Origin: an uncultured Chloroflexia bacterium
Lineage (GTDB): Bacteria > Chloroflexota > Limnocylindria > Limnocylindrales > CSP1-4
Assembly: GCA_963752475.1 (NCBI GenBank)
Contig: CAVVYR010000006.1
Coordinates: 1-64,000, forward strand
Reading direction: 5' to 3'
DNA length: 64,000 bases
The notes under the pieces were generated by a model. It did not search any database, was not told where the DNA came from, and saw only the letters and a list, made by a program, of their open reading frames with translations. Each line of letters begins with the position of its first letter. The first letter of the stretch is position 1. The position numbers and the translations under genes are program-made. Shown here piece by piece: positions 52,339-62,440 of this stretch.

Positions 52339-53121
52339 TCAGTCGCGCAGGCGGGCGACCCAGATCTCCTCGGGCGGCCACTTGCGGCCCCACTCGGCGG
52401 TGATGTCGCCGTAGTACTCGTGCGTCTCGGCAGCCTCGGGGACTTGCAGCTCGATCAGATCCTCGACTTCGAAGCCGTGGCGCCGCAGGAGCCGGATCCG
52501 CTCGCCGTGGGGGAGGTGGTACTCGGTCCCGGGGTCGCCGGGCCAGCGCAGGGCATGCAGGCCGTGGAGCGGGCGCTGCAGCGTCTCGGTGACGGGACCC
52601 ACATCCGGGAAGCACAGCTGCACCAGGATCGACGAGGTCAGGAACACGAGTCGGCCGTCGGGTCGGAGCACACGTGCAGCCTCGGGGATCCAGGCGTACG
52701 GATCGGCCCACAGCGACGCTCCGTACTCGGAGAGCACCATGTCGAAGGACCCTGCAGGGAAGGGGAGCGCTTCGCCGACGCCCTCGACGAGGGGGAACTC
52801 GATCCCGGTCTCGGCCTGCGTGCGTCGAGCCGTCTCCAGCTGTGCCGGCGTGGGGTCCAGCCCGACCGGCCGGGCGCCTCGGCGCGCGAGCCAGGCACTG
52901 AAGTAGCCCGTCCCGCAGCCGGCATCGAGGATGTCGAGTCCGGATACGTCGCCCAGCGGTGAACCGATGTCCGCCTCACGTACCCCGAACTGGCCCCAGC
53001 TGATCTCCTCGGCCAGCCATGTGCGTGCGGCGGTGGCATCGCCGTATTCCTCGTTGACCTTGGTCCATTGCTCGATGTTGCCGGCCACGGAGGCGCGCGT
53101 GCCAGCGGGGAGGTCGCTCAT
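52339..53121 (-). CDS. Class I SAM-dependent methyltransferase
   Basis: LDAGCGTG..SEYGASLWADP. Confidence 0.9.
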   Translation of the reverse strand: MSDLPAGTRASVAGNIEQWTKVNEEYGDATAARTWLAEEISWGQFGVREADIGSPLGDVSGLDILDAGCGTGYFSAWLARRGARPVGLDPTPAQLETARRTQAETGIEFPLVEGVGEALPFPAGSFDMVLSEYGASLWADPYAWIPEAARVLRPDGRLVFLTSSILVQLCFPDVGPVTETLQRPLHGLHALRWPGDPGTEYHLPHGERIRLLRRHGFEVEDLIELQVPEAAETHEYYGDITAEWGRKWPPEEIWVARLRD

Positions 53122-53480
53122 GTGGGCTCCTGGTCGTCAGGTGGTGTCAGGGCAGTCTGGGCCTGCCGGACGGCGAGCGCCAGCAGGCCGCCGGTGATGA
53201 GACCCGCGACGATGAGGATGATCAGCCAGTCCTCGAGCTTCTCCGGCGGCGCGGCGATGAGGGCGACGCCCAGCAACAGCGGCGGCCCGGCGGCGGCGAT
53301 GAGTGCGGCACCAGCGGCTCGGTGCCCGATGCGCCAGCTCTCGTCGTCCTCTCGCACCGCGGCGGTGCGCAACCCGATCCAGCGGTTGCGTGGCAGTCGC
53401 TCCAGGACGCCGGCCAGGCCGACCACGGCGAGCCCCAGCGCCAGCGCCAGCAGCGCGATCGCGACGAGCGTCGTCTCCAC
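53118..53480 (-). CDS. SdpI/YhfL-family membrane protein
   Basis: LPRNRWIGLRT..W..GHR. Confidence 0.8.
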   Translation of the reverse strand: METTLVAIALLALALGLAVVGLAGVLERLPRNRWIGLRTAAVREDDESWRIGHRAAGAALIAAAGPPLLLGVALIAAPPEKLEDWLIILIVAGLITGGLLALAVRQAQTALTPPDDQEPT

Positions 53481-53484
53481 CGGC

Positions 53485-53751
53485 CTACCAGACCGCGATG
53501 GTGCGACCAGCCGGGTGATCGAGCAGGCGCTGGTCCTTGGTCACCAGCTGCTGGATCCGGCCGAGCCAGGCCCGGACAGGCTCCTTCGGGTGCACGCGGC
53601 CACCCCGCACCAGCAAGGCCATCTCGAACCAGGTGATGGCGGCGACCGCGATGTGAGCCCGACGGAGGAGCCTGCGGGCCTCCTTGCTGAGTGAGCCGGG
53701 TTCGATGTCGAGCCAGATCAGGGCATTGGTGTCCACCAGGACCGTGCTCAC
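53485..53751 (-). pseudogene. vapC: VapC/PIN toxin with an internal deletion
   Basis: VLVDTNALIW..ITWFE..LVTKD, but only 88 aa and lacking the DPxDR helix. Confidence 0.75.
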
Positions 53752-53999
53752 AGGTCGTCGAACTTCCTGAGCCACGCCTCCCGGTCCCACTCGACTCCGT
53801 AGATGAGCTCCTCATCGGTCGCGTCGATCGTGACCACGCCCTCGTGCAGTCCCCAAAGGGCCATGCCACCGGTTGCGGGCTCGAGTCGAGCGACCCGACG
53901 ACCGTGGCGTGTGATCACGACCTCCTCGCCATTCTCGACATCGTCCAGCAGGGCCAGGAGCTTGGCCTTGGCCTCGGTTGCGGTGACTTCTCGGACCAT
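53748..53999 (-). CDS. Phd/YefM antitoxin
   Basis: EAKAKL..LLDDVENGEEVVITRHGRRVARL; GTGA overlap with vapC. Confidence 0.9.
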   Translation of the reverse strand: MVREVTATEAKAKLLALLDDVENGEEVVITRHGRRVARLEPATGGMALWGLHEGVVTIDATDEELIYGVEWDREAWLRKFDDL

Positions 54000-54025
54000 A
54001 TGGTCATCGTAATGGTCATGTGGCC
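53994..54025. promoter_or_regulatory. TA autorepression operator
   Basis: Perfect palindrome GACCATATGGTC plus the related GGTCATGTGGCC at the antitoxin start. Confidence 0.6.
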
Positions 54026-54131
54026 CGAAATGAAGAGGCGGATCCATGTGGCAAGCGTGGCGAGCGACATCCGCCGAGGTCTTCGCCACCGTTTGCCGGC
54101 AGGTTCGCTCGGCTGTGGATAGGCTGGGCCG

Positions 54132-54884
54132 ATGTCCGCTACTGCCGACCGTCCGCATGTCGTCATCATCGGGGGCTTCCTGACCGAGTCACTGCAGTAC
54201 CGTCCCATGCGTCAGCGCCTGCTCGAAGCCGGAGCCAGGCGCGTGACCATCGCGCCGATCCACCTGCCCGACTGGGCGGTCATGGGGCTCGTCGGGCTCG
54301 GGCCGCTGCTGCTCCGCGGCGCTCGCGCGATCCGCGAAGCGCGGCGTGCGTCATCCGAGCCGGTGATCGTCATCGGCCACTCGATGGGCGGGCTCATCGC
54401 CCGGCTGGCCACGTGCGAGGTACCCCTCGATGGCCGCGTGGCTCACGTCGCGGATGACGTGGGCTGTCTGGTAACGCTGGGCACCCCGCATGCGTTCGAG
54501 CCACGGATGGGCTGGAGTCATGCCGGCGTCCGCGCCGCCGAGCATCTGGCACGCCATTGCCCGGGCGCCTTCCAGTCGCCACGGAGCGGCTATCTCACGG
54601 TCGGCTCGGATTTCGTCAAGCCCGGCCATCGCGCGTCGCGTCGCGCCCCGCTGCACTGGTTCAACGCCCTGCTGCGCGACCTCGTGGGCGAGACCCCCGG
54701 TATCGGCAGTGACGGCCTCGTCGATGCCCAGCGCTGCCGGCTCGCTGGTGCCCGCCACGTCGAGCTCGACGACATCCTGCACGGGACGGTCTACGGACCG
54801 TGGTACGGCGACACCATCGCCATCGACCGCTGGTGGCCGGCCGCGGTGGAGGAGTGGGAGCGCGCGCTCGCTACTCGGGGATGA
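54132..54884 (+). CDS. Alpha/beta hydrolase (lipase/PGAP1-like)
   Basis: GHSMGG, TLGTPH and SDGLV motifs. Confidence 0.85.
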   Translation: MSATADRPHVVIIGGFLTESLQYRPMRQRLLEAGARRVTIAPIHLPDWAVMGLVGLGPLLLRGARAIREARRASSEPVIVIGHSMGGLIARLATCEVPLDGRVAHVADDVGCLVTLGTPHAFEPRMGWSHAGVRAAEHLARHCPGAFQSPRSGYLTVGSDFVKPGHRASRRAPLHWFNALLRDLVGETPGIGSDGLVDAQRCRLAGARHVELDDILHGTVYGPWYGDTIAIDRWWPAAVEEWERALATRG

Positions 54885-55407
54885 TGGTGGCCAGCTGGCG
54901 CTCGAGGCCCTCCTCGGTGAACGGCCCCAACGAGAATGCCTGCACGATGCCGTCGGCATCGACGAAGAACGAGGTCGGCTTGCCCAGGCCCAGATAGGCC
55001 TCCCAAGCCTCGTCGTCGGCGTCGTAGAGCATCGGCCATTCGGCGCCCATGTCCTCGGCGAACGCCGCCCCACCCTCGACCGTGTCGTCGTGGAGGATGC
55101 CCAGGATCTCGAGCCCGTCCTCGGCCCGCGCCTCGTATGTCTCGACCATCAGCGGGAACTCATCGCGGCACGGCCCACACCACGTGGCCCAGAAGTTGAT
55201 GAGCACCGGCCGGCCGCGGAGTGAGGAGAGCGTCATGCGCTGGCCATCGAACGTCTCGAGGTCGATCTCGGGGGCCGGCTCACCAGAGAGCGGGTGTCCG
55301 CCGACAGCGATGGGCGAGCCTTCGGCATCGTCGGCCTCCGGTGCGCAGGCCGCGACAGCCAGGGCCAGGACGCAGATCGCCGCGATCGGGCTGAGGGCCG
55401 TACGCAT
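54871..55407 (-). CDS. TlpA/ResA thiol-disulfide oxidoreductase lipoprotein
   Basis: Lipobox-like VAAC and NFWATWCGPC. Confidence 0.9.
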   Translation of the reverse strand: MRTALSPIAAICVLALAVAACAPEADDAEGSPIAVGGHPLSGEPAPEIDLETFDGQRMTLSSLRGRPVLINFWATWCGPCRDEFPLMVETYEARAEDGLEILGILHDDTVEGGAAFAEDMGAEWPMLYDADDEAWEAYLGLGKPTSFFVDADGIVQAFSLGPFTEEGLERQLATIIPE

Positions 55408-55424
55408 CGGTAGCCGGGTGATCG

Positions 55425-56219
55425 CTAGGAGTTGCTGCCGGGAAGCAACGAGAGGAGCCACGGCAGCAGCGTCAGGCCGATGGCGAAGGCGCCGACGATG
55501 AAGTAGACCGGGATGAGGCGGACGGGCCAGGCCTTCTCTGGGTCGCGGTCGGCCTGCGTGGGGTGTCCGTGCTCCTCGACATCGTCGAGTTCCCGTCCTG
55601 CATCGAGCAGCCAGCCGATGATGGCGATGGTGGCCATGAGCGCGCCGCCGATGAACATGGCCGCCCCGAAGACAAGGCCCGAAGCCAGGAACAGCAGCCC
55701 CACCGGGGCCAGCAGCGGCCAGGCCGAAGGGCCGGGAAGATGGATGCCGTCAGGCGGTGTCAGCGACCAACCCGGGATGTCGGCGGTCTCGTCGGGGGTG
55801 CCGTGTCCGCCGGCCTCGACGGCCACGTACTCCTTGCCCGCATCGAGGTACCAGCCCACGATGCCGACGACCGCGACGGTCACGCCGAAGAGCAGGACGA
55901 TCATGTTGAGGGCCGACTCGAGCGGCCCGAGGGCGACGGCGAAGAGGATGAAGAGCAGGCCCACGGGACCCACGAGGGGCCAGAACGAGGGGCCGGGCAG
56001 GTGCATGTCCTCCGGCTTGCGGCCTGGCGGGATGGGCTTGGGCACGCGCGAGGCGTTGCCCTCGGCGTTGACGCGCCACATCCAGATGACCGCACCGACG
56101 ACGCCCAGGATGGCGAACACGACCAGCAGCGGCAAATACTGGATGAGGTCATTCCAGACCGGGATGATGATCGCCGCGGTCGTCTCGAGGATCCAGGTCC
56201 AGAGCTCGTTGAGGTTCAC
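55425..56219 (-). CDS. Cytochrome c oxidase subunit IV (CtaF)-like protein with a duplicated module
   Basis: HLPGPS(F/A)WPL plus two TM segments plus GW, occurring twice; located in the cox operon. Confidence 0.65.
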   Translation of the reverse strand: MNLNELWTWILETTAAIIIPVWNDLIQYLPLLVVFAILGVVGAVIWMWRVNAEGNASRVPKPIPPGRKPEDMHLPGPSFWPLVGPVGLLFILFAVALGPLESALNMIVLLFGVTVAVVGIVGWYLDAGKEYVAVEAGGHGTPDETADIPGWSLTPPDGIHLPGPSAWPLLAPVGLLFLASGLVFGAAMFIGGALMATIAIIGWLLDAGRELDDVEEHGHPTQADRDPEKAWPVRLIPVYFIVGAFAIGLTLLPWLLSLLPGSNS

Positions 56220-56264
56220 ACGCTTCCCTGTGGCTTGATCGTCAGGCCGATGCTACCGCGAGCC

Positions 56265-56462
56265 CTAGAGGTCGCGTGCGCCGCGCAGGATGACCAGGAA
56301 GCCGAAGCCCATCGAGACGCCAAGGCAGATGAGCAACAATGCTCCGCCCGGATCGATGATGGTTCCGTCACCGCTCATCTCCTGCAGCACGAAGTAGAGG
56401 ATGCCGATGACGACGGGGATGATGCCCATGAGCAGGGCCGCCAGCGTCTGGGTCCGGGTCAT
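56265..56462 (-). CDS. Small 2-TM protein in the cox operon
   Basis: 65 aa with an SD upstream. Confidence 0.75.
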   Translation of the reverse strand: MTRTQTLAALLMGIIPVVIGILYFVLQEMSGDGTIIDPGGALLLICLGVSMGFGFLVILRGARDL

Positions 56463-56473
56463 GTCCTTCCCCC

Positions 56474-57109
56474 CTACTTGATGATGTAGATGGTCACGAA
56501 CAGCAGGATCCAGACCACGTCCACGAAGTGCCAGTAGTAGTGGACGGCCTCGACCGCCACGTGGTGCTTCTTCGTGAACTGACCCGCGATGCCTCGGCTG
56601 AGGATGACCACGAGGCCGATGACGCCACCCAGCACGTGCGCGCCGTGGAAGCCGGTCATGGTGTAGAAGAGCGTGCCGTAGACACCGCTGTCGATACCGA
56701 AGTCATCGTGCGTGATGAGCACGTAGTAGTCGTATGCCTGGATGGCCAGGAAGACGAGGCCGAGGATGAGCGTGATGCCCACCGCGCGGTTGAGGCCGGT
56801 GCGGTCGCCCTGGCGGATCCGGCTCGTGCCCCACTGCATGGTGAACGAGCTGATGACCAGGATGATCGTGCCGATCAGCGGCAGGCCCCAGGGATCGATG
56901 AACTCGGTGCCCTCGGGCGGGAAGACCGGCAGCGTGGCCTTGGCGTTGAAGTAGGCCGCGAACAGCGCCGCGAAGAACATCACCTCGGAGGCGATGAACA
57001 GCATCATGCCCAGCAGCGCTGGGTCCATGCCGCCGCGCTTGGCGTCGTGCCCGGAGACGAGCTCCTCCTCGGACATCTGTGGTTCGAGTGCTTCGGTGTT
57101 CGCCGTCAC
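56474..57109 (-). CDS. ctaE: Cytochrome c oxidase subunit III
   Basis: FIASEVMFF, TGFHGAHV and YWHFVDVVW. Confidence 0.95.
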   Translation of the reverse strand: MTANTEALEPQMSEEELVSGHDAKRGGMDPALLGMMLFIASEVMFFAALFAAYFNAKATLPVFPPEGTEFIDPWGLPLIGTIILVISSFTMQWGTSRIRQGDRTGLNRAVGITLILGLVFLAIQAYDYYVLITHDDFGIDSGVYGTLFYTMTGFHGAHVLGGVIGLVVILSRGIAGQFTKKHHVAVEAVHYYWHFVDVVWILLFVTIYIIK

Positions 57110-58773
57110 GATGCGGCCCCCTCGGTCTCCGGCTCCGGTTCAGGTGTCGCCCCGTGTCCCACGCCGGGGTACTTCTGATCGAACACCGGGCGCTCCGAGT
57201 GGATCTCCGGCAGCTTGTCGAAGTTCCACGGCGGCGGCGGGCTGGTCGTGGCCCACTCGAGGGTGCTGGCATCCCAGGGGTCGGACTCGCTGTCAGCCGG
57301 CTTGCGCAGGGTGACGAAGACGTTCCACAGGAAGATGGGCACGCTCGCGGCGATCATGAAGGCGCCGACCGTGGACAGGAAGTTGAGCTCCGTCCAGCCG
57401 GCGTTGCCCGAGTAGTCGGAGATGCGCCGGATCATGCCGTCGAGCCCGAGCATGTGCTGCGGGAAGAAGGCCAGGTTGGTGCCGATGAAGAGGACCCAGA
57501 ACTGGACCTTGCCCATGCGCTCGTCCAGCTTGCGCCCCGACATCTTGGGGAACCAGTAGAAGAGCGAGGCGAAGATGGCGAAGACCGCGCCGGCCACCAG
57601 GACGTAGTGGATGTGCGAGACGACCCAGTACGTGGAGTGGACCATGAAGTCGAAGGGCACGACCGCCAGGAAGGCGCCGTCGAGGCCACCGATGAGGAAG
57701 AGCGCGATGAAGCCGACCGCGTAGAGCATGGGCGTGTCGAAGCGCAGGTGGCCGCCCCACATCGTGGCCAGCCAGTTGAAGAACTTCACGCCGGTGGGAA
57801 CGGCGATGAGGAAGGTGAAGAAGCTGAAGAAGGGGAGGTAGACCGCACCGGTCGCGAACATGTGGTGGGCCCAGACGGTGAAGCCGAGGGCGCCGATGGC
57901 CGCGGTCGCGATGACGAAGGCCTTGTAGCCGAAGAGCGGCTTGCGGCTGAAGACCGGGATGATCTCGCTGATGATGCCGAAGGCCGGCAGGATCAGGATG
58001 TACACCTCCGGATGGCCGAAGAACCAGAAGATGTGCTGCCACAGCACGGGGCTGCCGCCCACCGCGGGATCGAAGAAGCCTCCGCCGTAGTTGCGGTCGA
58101 TGAAGATCATGATCAGGCCCGCGGCGATGACCGGCAGGCTGAAGAGCAGCAGGACCGAGGTCACCAGCGACGTCCAGCAGAACATCGGCATACGCAGCAG
58201 GCCCATGCCCGGCGCGCGCATCTTGAAGATGGTGACGATGAAGTTGATGGCGCCGAAGATCGAGCCGAAGCCCAGGACCACAAGGCCCAGCAACAGCAGG
58301 TCGACGCCCGTCTCAGGCGTGAAGTCGGTGTTGCCCGCCAGCGGCACGTAGAGCGTCCAGCCGGTGGGTGCGCCGCCGAAGGCGAAGGCGCTGACGATGA
58401 GGATGGCGCCCACGACGAGCATCCAGAACGAGAGGGCGTTGATGCGCGGGAAGGCCATGTCCGCGGCGCCCAGCTGCAGCGGCACGATGTAGTTGGCGAG
58501 GCCCGTGGTCATGGGCATCACGAACAGGAAGATCATCATGATCGCGTGCATGCCGAAGAGCTGGTTGTAGAGGCTCTGGTCGATGAACTGCAGGCCCGGG
58601 ACCGCCAGCTCGGAGCGGATGCCGAGGGCGAGGACGCCGCCCAGCATGAAGAACAGGAACGACGTGATGATGTACATCACGCCGATCTTCTTGTGATCGG
58701 TCGTGGTCAGCCACTCGAGGACGGTGGAGCGGCGGCTGACGTGAGTGCCCGCGTGCGCGGTCGCGGTGCCCAT
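57106..58773 (-). CDS. ctaD: Cytochrome c oxidase subunit I (type A1)
   Basis: TDHKKIG, WFFGHPEVY, WAHHM and HIHY. Confidence 0.97.
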   Translation of the reverse strand: MGTATAHAGTHVSRRSTVLEWLTTTDHKKIGVMYIITSFLFFMLGGVLALGIRSELAVPGLQFIDQSLYNQLFGMHAIMMIFLFVMPMTTGLANYIVPLQLGAADMAFPRINALSFWMLVVGAILIVSAFAFGGAPTGWTLYVPLAGNTDFTPETGVDLLLLGLVVLGFGSIFGAINFIVTIFKMRAPGMGLLRMPMFCWTSLVTSVLLLFSLPVIAAGLIMIFIDRNYGGGFFDPAVGGSPVLWQHIFWFFGHPEVYILILPAFGIISEIIPVFSRKPLFGYKAFVIATAAIGALGFTVWAHHMFATGAVYLPFFSFFTFLIAVPTGVKFFNWLATMWGGHLRFDTPMLYAVGFIALFLIGGLDGAFLAVVPFDFMVHSTYWVVSHIHYVLVAGAVFAIFASLFYWFPKMSGRKLDERMGKVQFWVLFIGTNLAFFPQHMLGLDGMIRRISDYSGNAGWTELNFLSTVGAFMIAASVPIFLWNVFVTLRKPADSESDPWDASTLEWATTSPPPPWNFDKLPEIHSERPVFDQKYPGVGHGATPEPEPETEGAAS

Positions 58774-59768
58774 CAGGCGGCCTCCCCCTCGGTCTCGTCA
58801 GTGGTCTCTTCGTCGTTGCCGTCCGCTTCGGGCTCGGTCTCAGCCGCGGGTCCCTCAGCGTCAGCGGACTCGGCGTCCGTAGCCTCGGCCGCAGCCTCGG
58901 CCGCAGCGGGCGTGCCGCCGGTCATCTCAGCGACCCATGCATCGTACTCATCCGCGGGGATGGCGTTGACGCTGAAGAACATGTCGCCGTGGGCCAGGCC
59001 GCAGAACTCGGCGCACTGACCGCCGTAGACGCCCGGCTCCTCGATGGTGATCTGGAACTCGTTGACGCGACCGGGGATGGCATCGCGCTTGAAGAAGAAC
59101 GAGGGGACGTACCAGGAGTGGATGACGTCCGCGGCGGTGAGGCGGATGAGCACCGGCTCGCCCACGGGTAGGGTCATCTCCGGGGCGCCTTCACGGCCGC
59201 CACCGCTGATGGTGATGCCGTTGGGCTCGTAGGTGCCCGCCTCCTCGTCCAGCGTCTCGGGGTCCATGTAGTCGAAGATCCAGCCGAAGCGGAAGGCGTT
59301 GACATCGACGACGGCGCCGTGGTCTTCCGACTTGGCTTCGACGTCGTTCATGAGCACGTTGGTGCTGACAACGAAGAGCACGAAGACCGTGACCATGGGG
59401 ATGGCGGTCCAGATGATCTCGAGCAGGTTGTTGCCGTGCGTCTGCTCAGGCAGGTCGTCGCCCTTGCTGCGCTTGCGGTAGCGCAGGATGAGGTAGAGCA
59501 GCAGGCCTTCGACGATGACGAAGATGATCACTGCGATCAGGAAGATCGGCAGGTACAAGCCAGCCGAGGCGATACCCTCGGTGGTGACGACCTCGTGTGG
59601 GAACCCGAAGCCGTTGCTGGTCTCGCCGAAGAGGTTGGGCGCGGCGTCGTCGCCGGTCGGGTTGCTGTTGGACTGCTCGGTGCAGGCTGCGATGATGGCG
59701 CCCACCAGCGGGATCGTGGCGAGCTTGGCAAGGCGACCTCGCCAGGCGCCGGATGCCGGGTAACGCAA
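58773..59768 (-). CDS. ctaC: Cytochrome c oxidase subunit II (CuA, lipoprotein)
   Basis: IAAC lipobox, LEIIWT, DVIHSW and CAEFCGLAHGDM. Confidence 0.95.
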   Translation of the reverse strand: MRYPASGAWRGRLAKLATIPLVGAIIAACTEQSNSNPTGDDAAPNLFGETSNGFGFPHEVVTTEGIASAGLYLPIFLIAVIIFVIVEGLLLYLILRYRKRSKGDDLPEQTHGNNLLEIIWTAIPMVTVFVLFVVSTNVLMNDVEAKSEDHGAVVDVNAFRFGWIFDYMDPETLDEEAGTYEPNGITISGGGREGAPEMTLPVGEPVLIRLTAADVIHSWYVPSFFFKRDAIPGRVNEFQITIEEPGVYGGQCAEFCGLAHGDMFFSVNAIPADEYDAWVAEMTGGTPAAAEAAAEATDAESADAEGPAAETEPEADGNDEETTDETEGEAA

Positions 59769-59824
59769 GAACTTTCCCCCGTCTCTGTGTTCCTTCTTCA
59801 GGACCGGGATACTATAGCGTGAAG

Positions 59825-60859
59825 ATGCACATTAGCGTGCGCCGTTTCACCGCCCCGCCATACGGACGGCAGGCGCACCGAGAGACCCCCCGTCTCGGAT
59901 ACCGACTCTTCGCGCCGCTCATCGTCGCTGCGGCGGCTGCCTTCCTGACCCCGGCCGTGGCGTACGCGCATGGCCGGGCGCCCATCGAGCCGACACCGGC
60001 GATCCTCGTCGAAGGCTGGTCGTTCATGGTCGATGTGTGGCTGCCGGTCATCCTCGCGGCGCTCATCTTCTGGGCCATGTACTCGCAGGTGAACCGACTG
60101 CACCCCACCAACCCGGTGCCACGGATGCGGCTGTGGTTCTGGCTCGGCGGTCTGGCCGCGATCATCCTCGCGCTGGCCTCACCCATCGAGTTCTACGACA
60201 CCACCCTCTTCTCGGTGCACATGGTCCAGCACCTGCTGCTCTCGTTCGTGGCGGCTCCCTTGTTGGTGCTGGCTGCGCCCATCACGTTGTTGCTGCGCTG
60301 GGCCTCGCCGACGGCGCGGCGGAAGTGGATCCTGCCCGTGCTGGAGTCGCGCGTGGTGAAGGTCATCTCACATCCGCTGGTAGCTTGGTGCCTCTTCGCG
60401 GGTGTGATGTGGTTCTCGCACTTCTCACCGCTGTTCGACGCGGCTCTGGATGACTTCACGCTGCACCGGCTGGAGCATGCGCTGTTCCTGGGCTCGGCGC
60501 TGCTGTTCTGGTGGCCGGTGGTGGGTGCCGATCCGAGCCCACACCGCATGACGTACCCAGGGCGGATCCTGTACCTGGCACTGGGCATGCCGCTGTCATC
60601 ACTGCTGGGGTTGGTCATCTTCTCCGCGCGGCAGCCGCTATACCCGCACTACGAGGACCTCGTGCGTGACTGGGGTCCGACGGTGATGGAGGACCAGGCC
60701 CTTGCCGGCGGCATCATGTGGGCCGGCGGCGATGCCGCGTTCGTGTTGGCGCTGGTGCTGGCGGTTGCCGCGTGGCTGCGGCACGAGGAACGCGAGAACA
60801 AGCGGGAGGACGCCCGGTTGGCCCGTCGGCGGGCACAGGAGGCGGCACGAGCGGAGTAG
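59825..60859 (+). CDS. ctaG: Caa3-type CtaG oxidase assembly factor
   Basis: FSVHMVQHLLL..APLLVL, WFSH, EH..FWW and DQ..AGGIMW. Start is uncertain. Confidence 0.88.
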   Translation: MHISVRRFTAPPYGRQAHRETPRLGYRLFAPLIVAAAAAFLTPAVAYAHGRAPIEPTPAILVEGWSFMVDVWLPVILAALIFWAMYSQVNRLHPTNPVPRMRLWFWLGGLAAIILALASPIEFYDTTLFSVHMVQHLLLSFVAAPLLVLAAPITLLLRWASPTARRKWILPVLESRVVKVISHPLVAWCLFAGVMWFSHFSPLFDAALDDFTLHRLEHALFLGSALLFWWPVVGADPSPHRMTYPGRILYLALGMPLSSLLGLVIFSARQPLYPHYEDLVRDWGPTVMEDQALAGGIMWAGGDAAFVLALVLAVAAWLRHEERENKREDARLARRRAQEAARAE

Positions 60860-61004
60860 GCGCCGCGGAGTCGAGCAGAACCCCCTCTGTGGGACAGGCC
60901 TCCGTTCGCTCGCCAGTGTCAAGCCCTGCTCTGAGTCTTCAGGATCGGCGCTGGACAGTCGATCGAACCCTCGTCGTCCGCTCGGGCAGACGCGCTGACA
61001 CGGG

Positions 61005-62006
61005 CTATGGCGTGAAGTAGAACTCGACGTCGATGAATCGGTCGTCGCCGGGTCCCGGAGCGGACGTCTCGAGGATCTCCTTGGTCGGCTGGCTCGGGGA
61101 GCCTGCGAGAAGCTCCAGGGAATCCTGGACCCCGGTCCCGACCTTGTCCTCGAAGTCGCTCTCGACCGTGATCCATTCCGAGTACTCGTCGTATTGGTCG
61201 GGATCCGGGCTATCGGACCACCACCAGTGAGTGCCGCCGATGGTGGTCGTGACCCGTACCTCGGTCAGGTCCGCCTGCCCGATGTCGGCGATCTCGTGGC
61301 TCTTGACGCCCCAATCCGCAAAGTCGGCCGGTCCGGGGTTCGTGCTGGTGGGATAGCGCCCCATCAGGATGCTGTCGCCCTTGCTGGGGACGCCATCTTC
61401 GACCGTATCGACGATCTTGCTGATCATCACGTCGCCGGCATCGAAACCGTGGTTGCCGTTGAGGTCCGAGTACGCGATGACGAGCGTCGGCGGCTCGGGT
61501 GGTGGTGGCGCTGCGGGTGGTGGTGGCGCCGGCAGCTCACAGCGCACGACGGGCCCGGTGCCCAGGTTCTGGAAGCAGCGGTCGGTACCACGGCCACCGT
61601 CGAGGACGTCTCGGCCGGGTCCGCCACTCAACAGATCACTGCCCACGCCCGCGAAGAGGCGGTCGGGTCCGGGGCCACCGAAGAGGCGGTCGGGTCCGCT
61701 GTTGCCGAGGAGCTTGTCGATGCCCGGGCCACCGACGATGCGGTCGGCGCCGCCACCACCACAGATGAGGTCGTTGCCACCACGGCCGAAGATGCGGTCG
61801 GCCCCACCCTTGGCCACGATGATGTCGCGCTTGTTGGTACCCACGATGCGCTCGCCCTTGTTGGTGCCCACGATCGTGGCGGGCTTGCCGAAGCACTTGG
61901 GCTTGGCCGCGCTCGCGGGTGTGGCGACGCTGGCCACCGATAGCGAAGCCAGCACTGCGGCTGACGTGACGACCGCGATCGTGCGGCGGAGCCGGTCGGT
62001 GTGCAT
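61005..62006 (-). CDS. Secreted protein with hemolysin-type Ca-binding repeats
   Basis: Signal peptide, C.GK.ATIVGT, GGxGxD repeats, a Pro linker and an acidic C-terminal domain. Confidence 0.85.
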   Translation of the reverse strand: MHTDRLRRTIAVVTSAAVLASLSVASVATPASAAKPKCFGKPATIVGTNKGERIVGTNKRDIIVAKGGADRIFGRGGNDLICGGGGADRIVGGPGIDKLLGNSGPDRLFGGPGPDRLFAGVGSDLLSGGPGRDVLDGGRGTDRCFQNLGTGPVVRCELPAPPPPAAPPPPEPPTLVIAYSDLNGNHGFDAGDVMISKIVDTVEDGVPSKGDSILMGRYPTSTNPGPADFADWGVKSHEIADIGQADLTEVRVTTTIGGTHWWWSDSPDPDQYDEYSEWITVESDFEDKVGTGVQDSLELLAGSPSQPTKEILETSAPGPGDDRFIDVEFYFTP

Positions 62007-62118
62007 GGTGCAGAGGTCCCTCCCGTGGCAGGTCAGCGCGACCAGGAGGCGGGCGCCCGACCCGTGCGTGGGAAGGTACAGCGACTCGATGCGAATCGCC
62101 AGCCCGATACGAGCCGAG

Positions 62119-62436
62119 CTAGTGGGCCTCGTCGTCGAGCTGGGTCACGACGAGGCGGTCCCCATCGGTCTTGTAGGTGACCTCGATGACGTCACCGATG
62201 ACCTTGTGCTCGGTCAGGTGTGACGCCGGGAACTCGGAGCGGAACTCCAGCTCGGTGGTGTCGAACGTGAGCCGCTCGCCGTCACCCGAGACGAGCACGA
62301 AGCTGTCCACGCGCCCGAGGGCAGGGGAGTCGACGTCGATGACCACGCCTCTCTCCTGCTGGAGCGTGGGCTCGCAGGCGACGACGGCCAGGGCACCCGC
62401 GAGCGCGACCAGCGCCAACCGCATCGGCCGGATCAT
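62119..62436 (-). CDS. Small lipoprotein, OB-fold-like
   Basis: VVAC lipobox and a beta-rich body with HLxEH. Confidence 0.7.
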   Translation of the reverse strand: MIRPMRLALVALAGALAVVACEPTLQQERGVVIDVDSPALGRVDSFVLVSGDGERLTFDTTELEFRSEFPASHLTEHKVIGDVIEVTYKTDGDRLVVTQLDDEAH

Positions 62437-62440
62437 GGCC

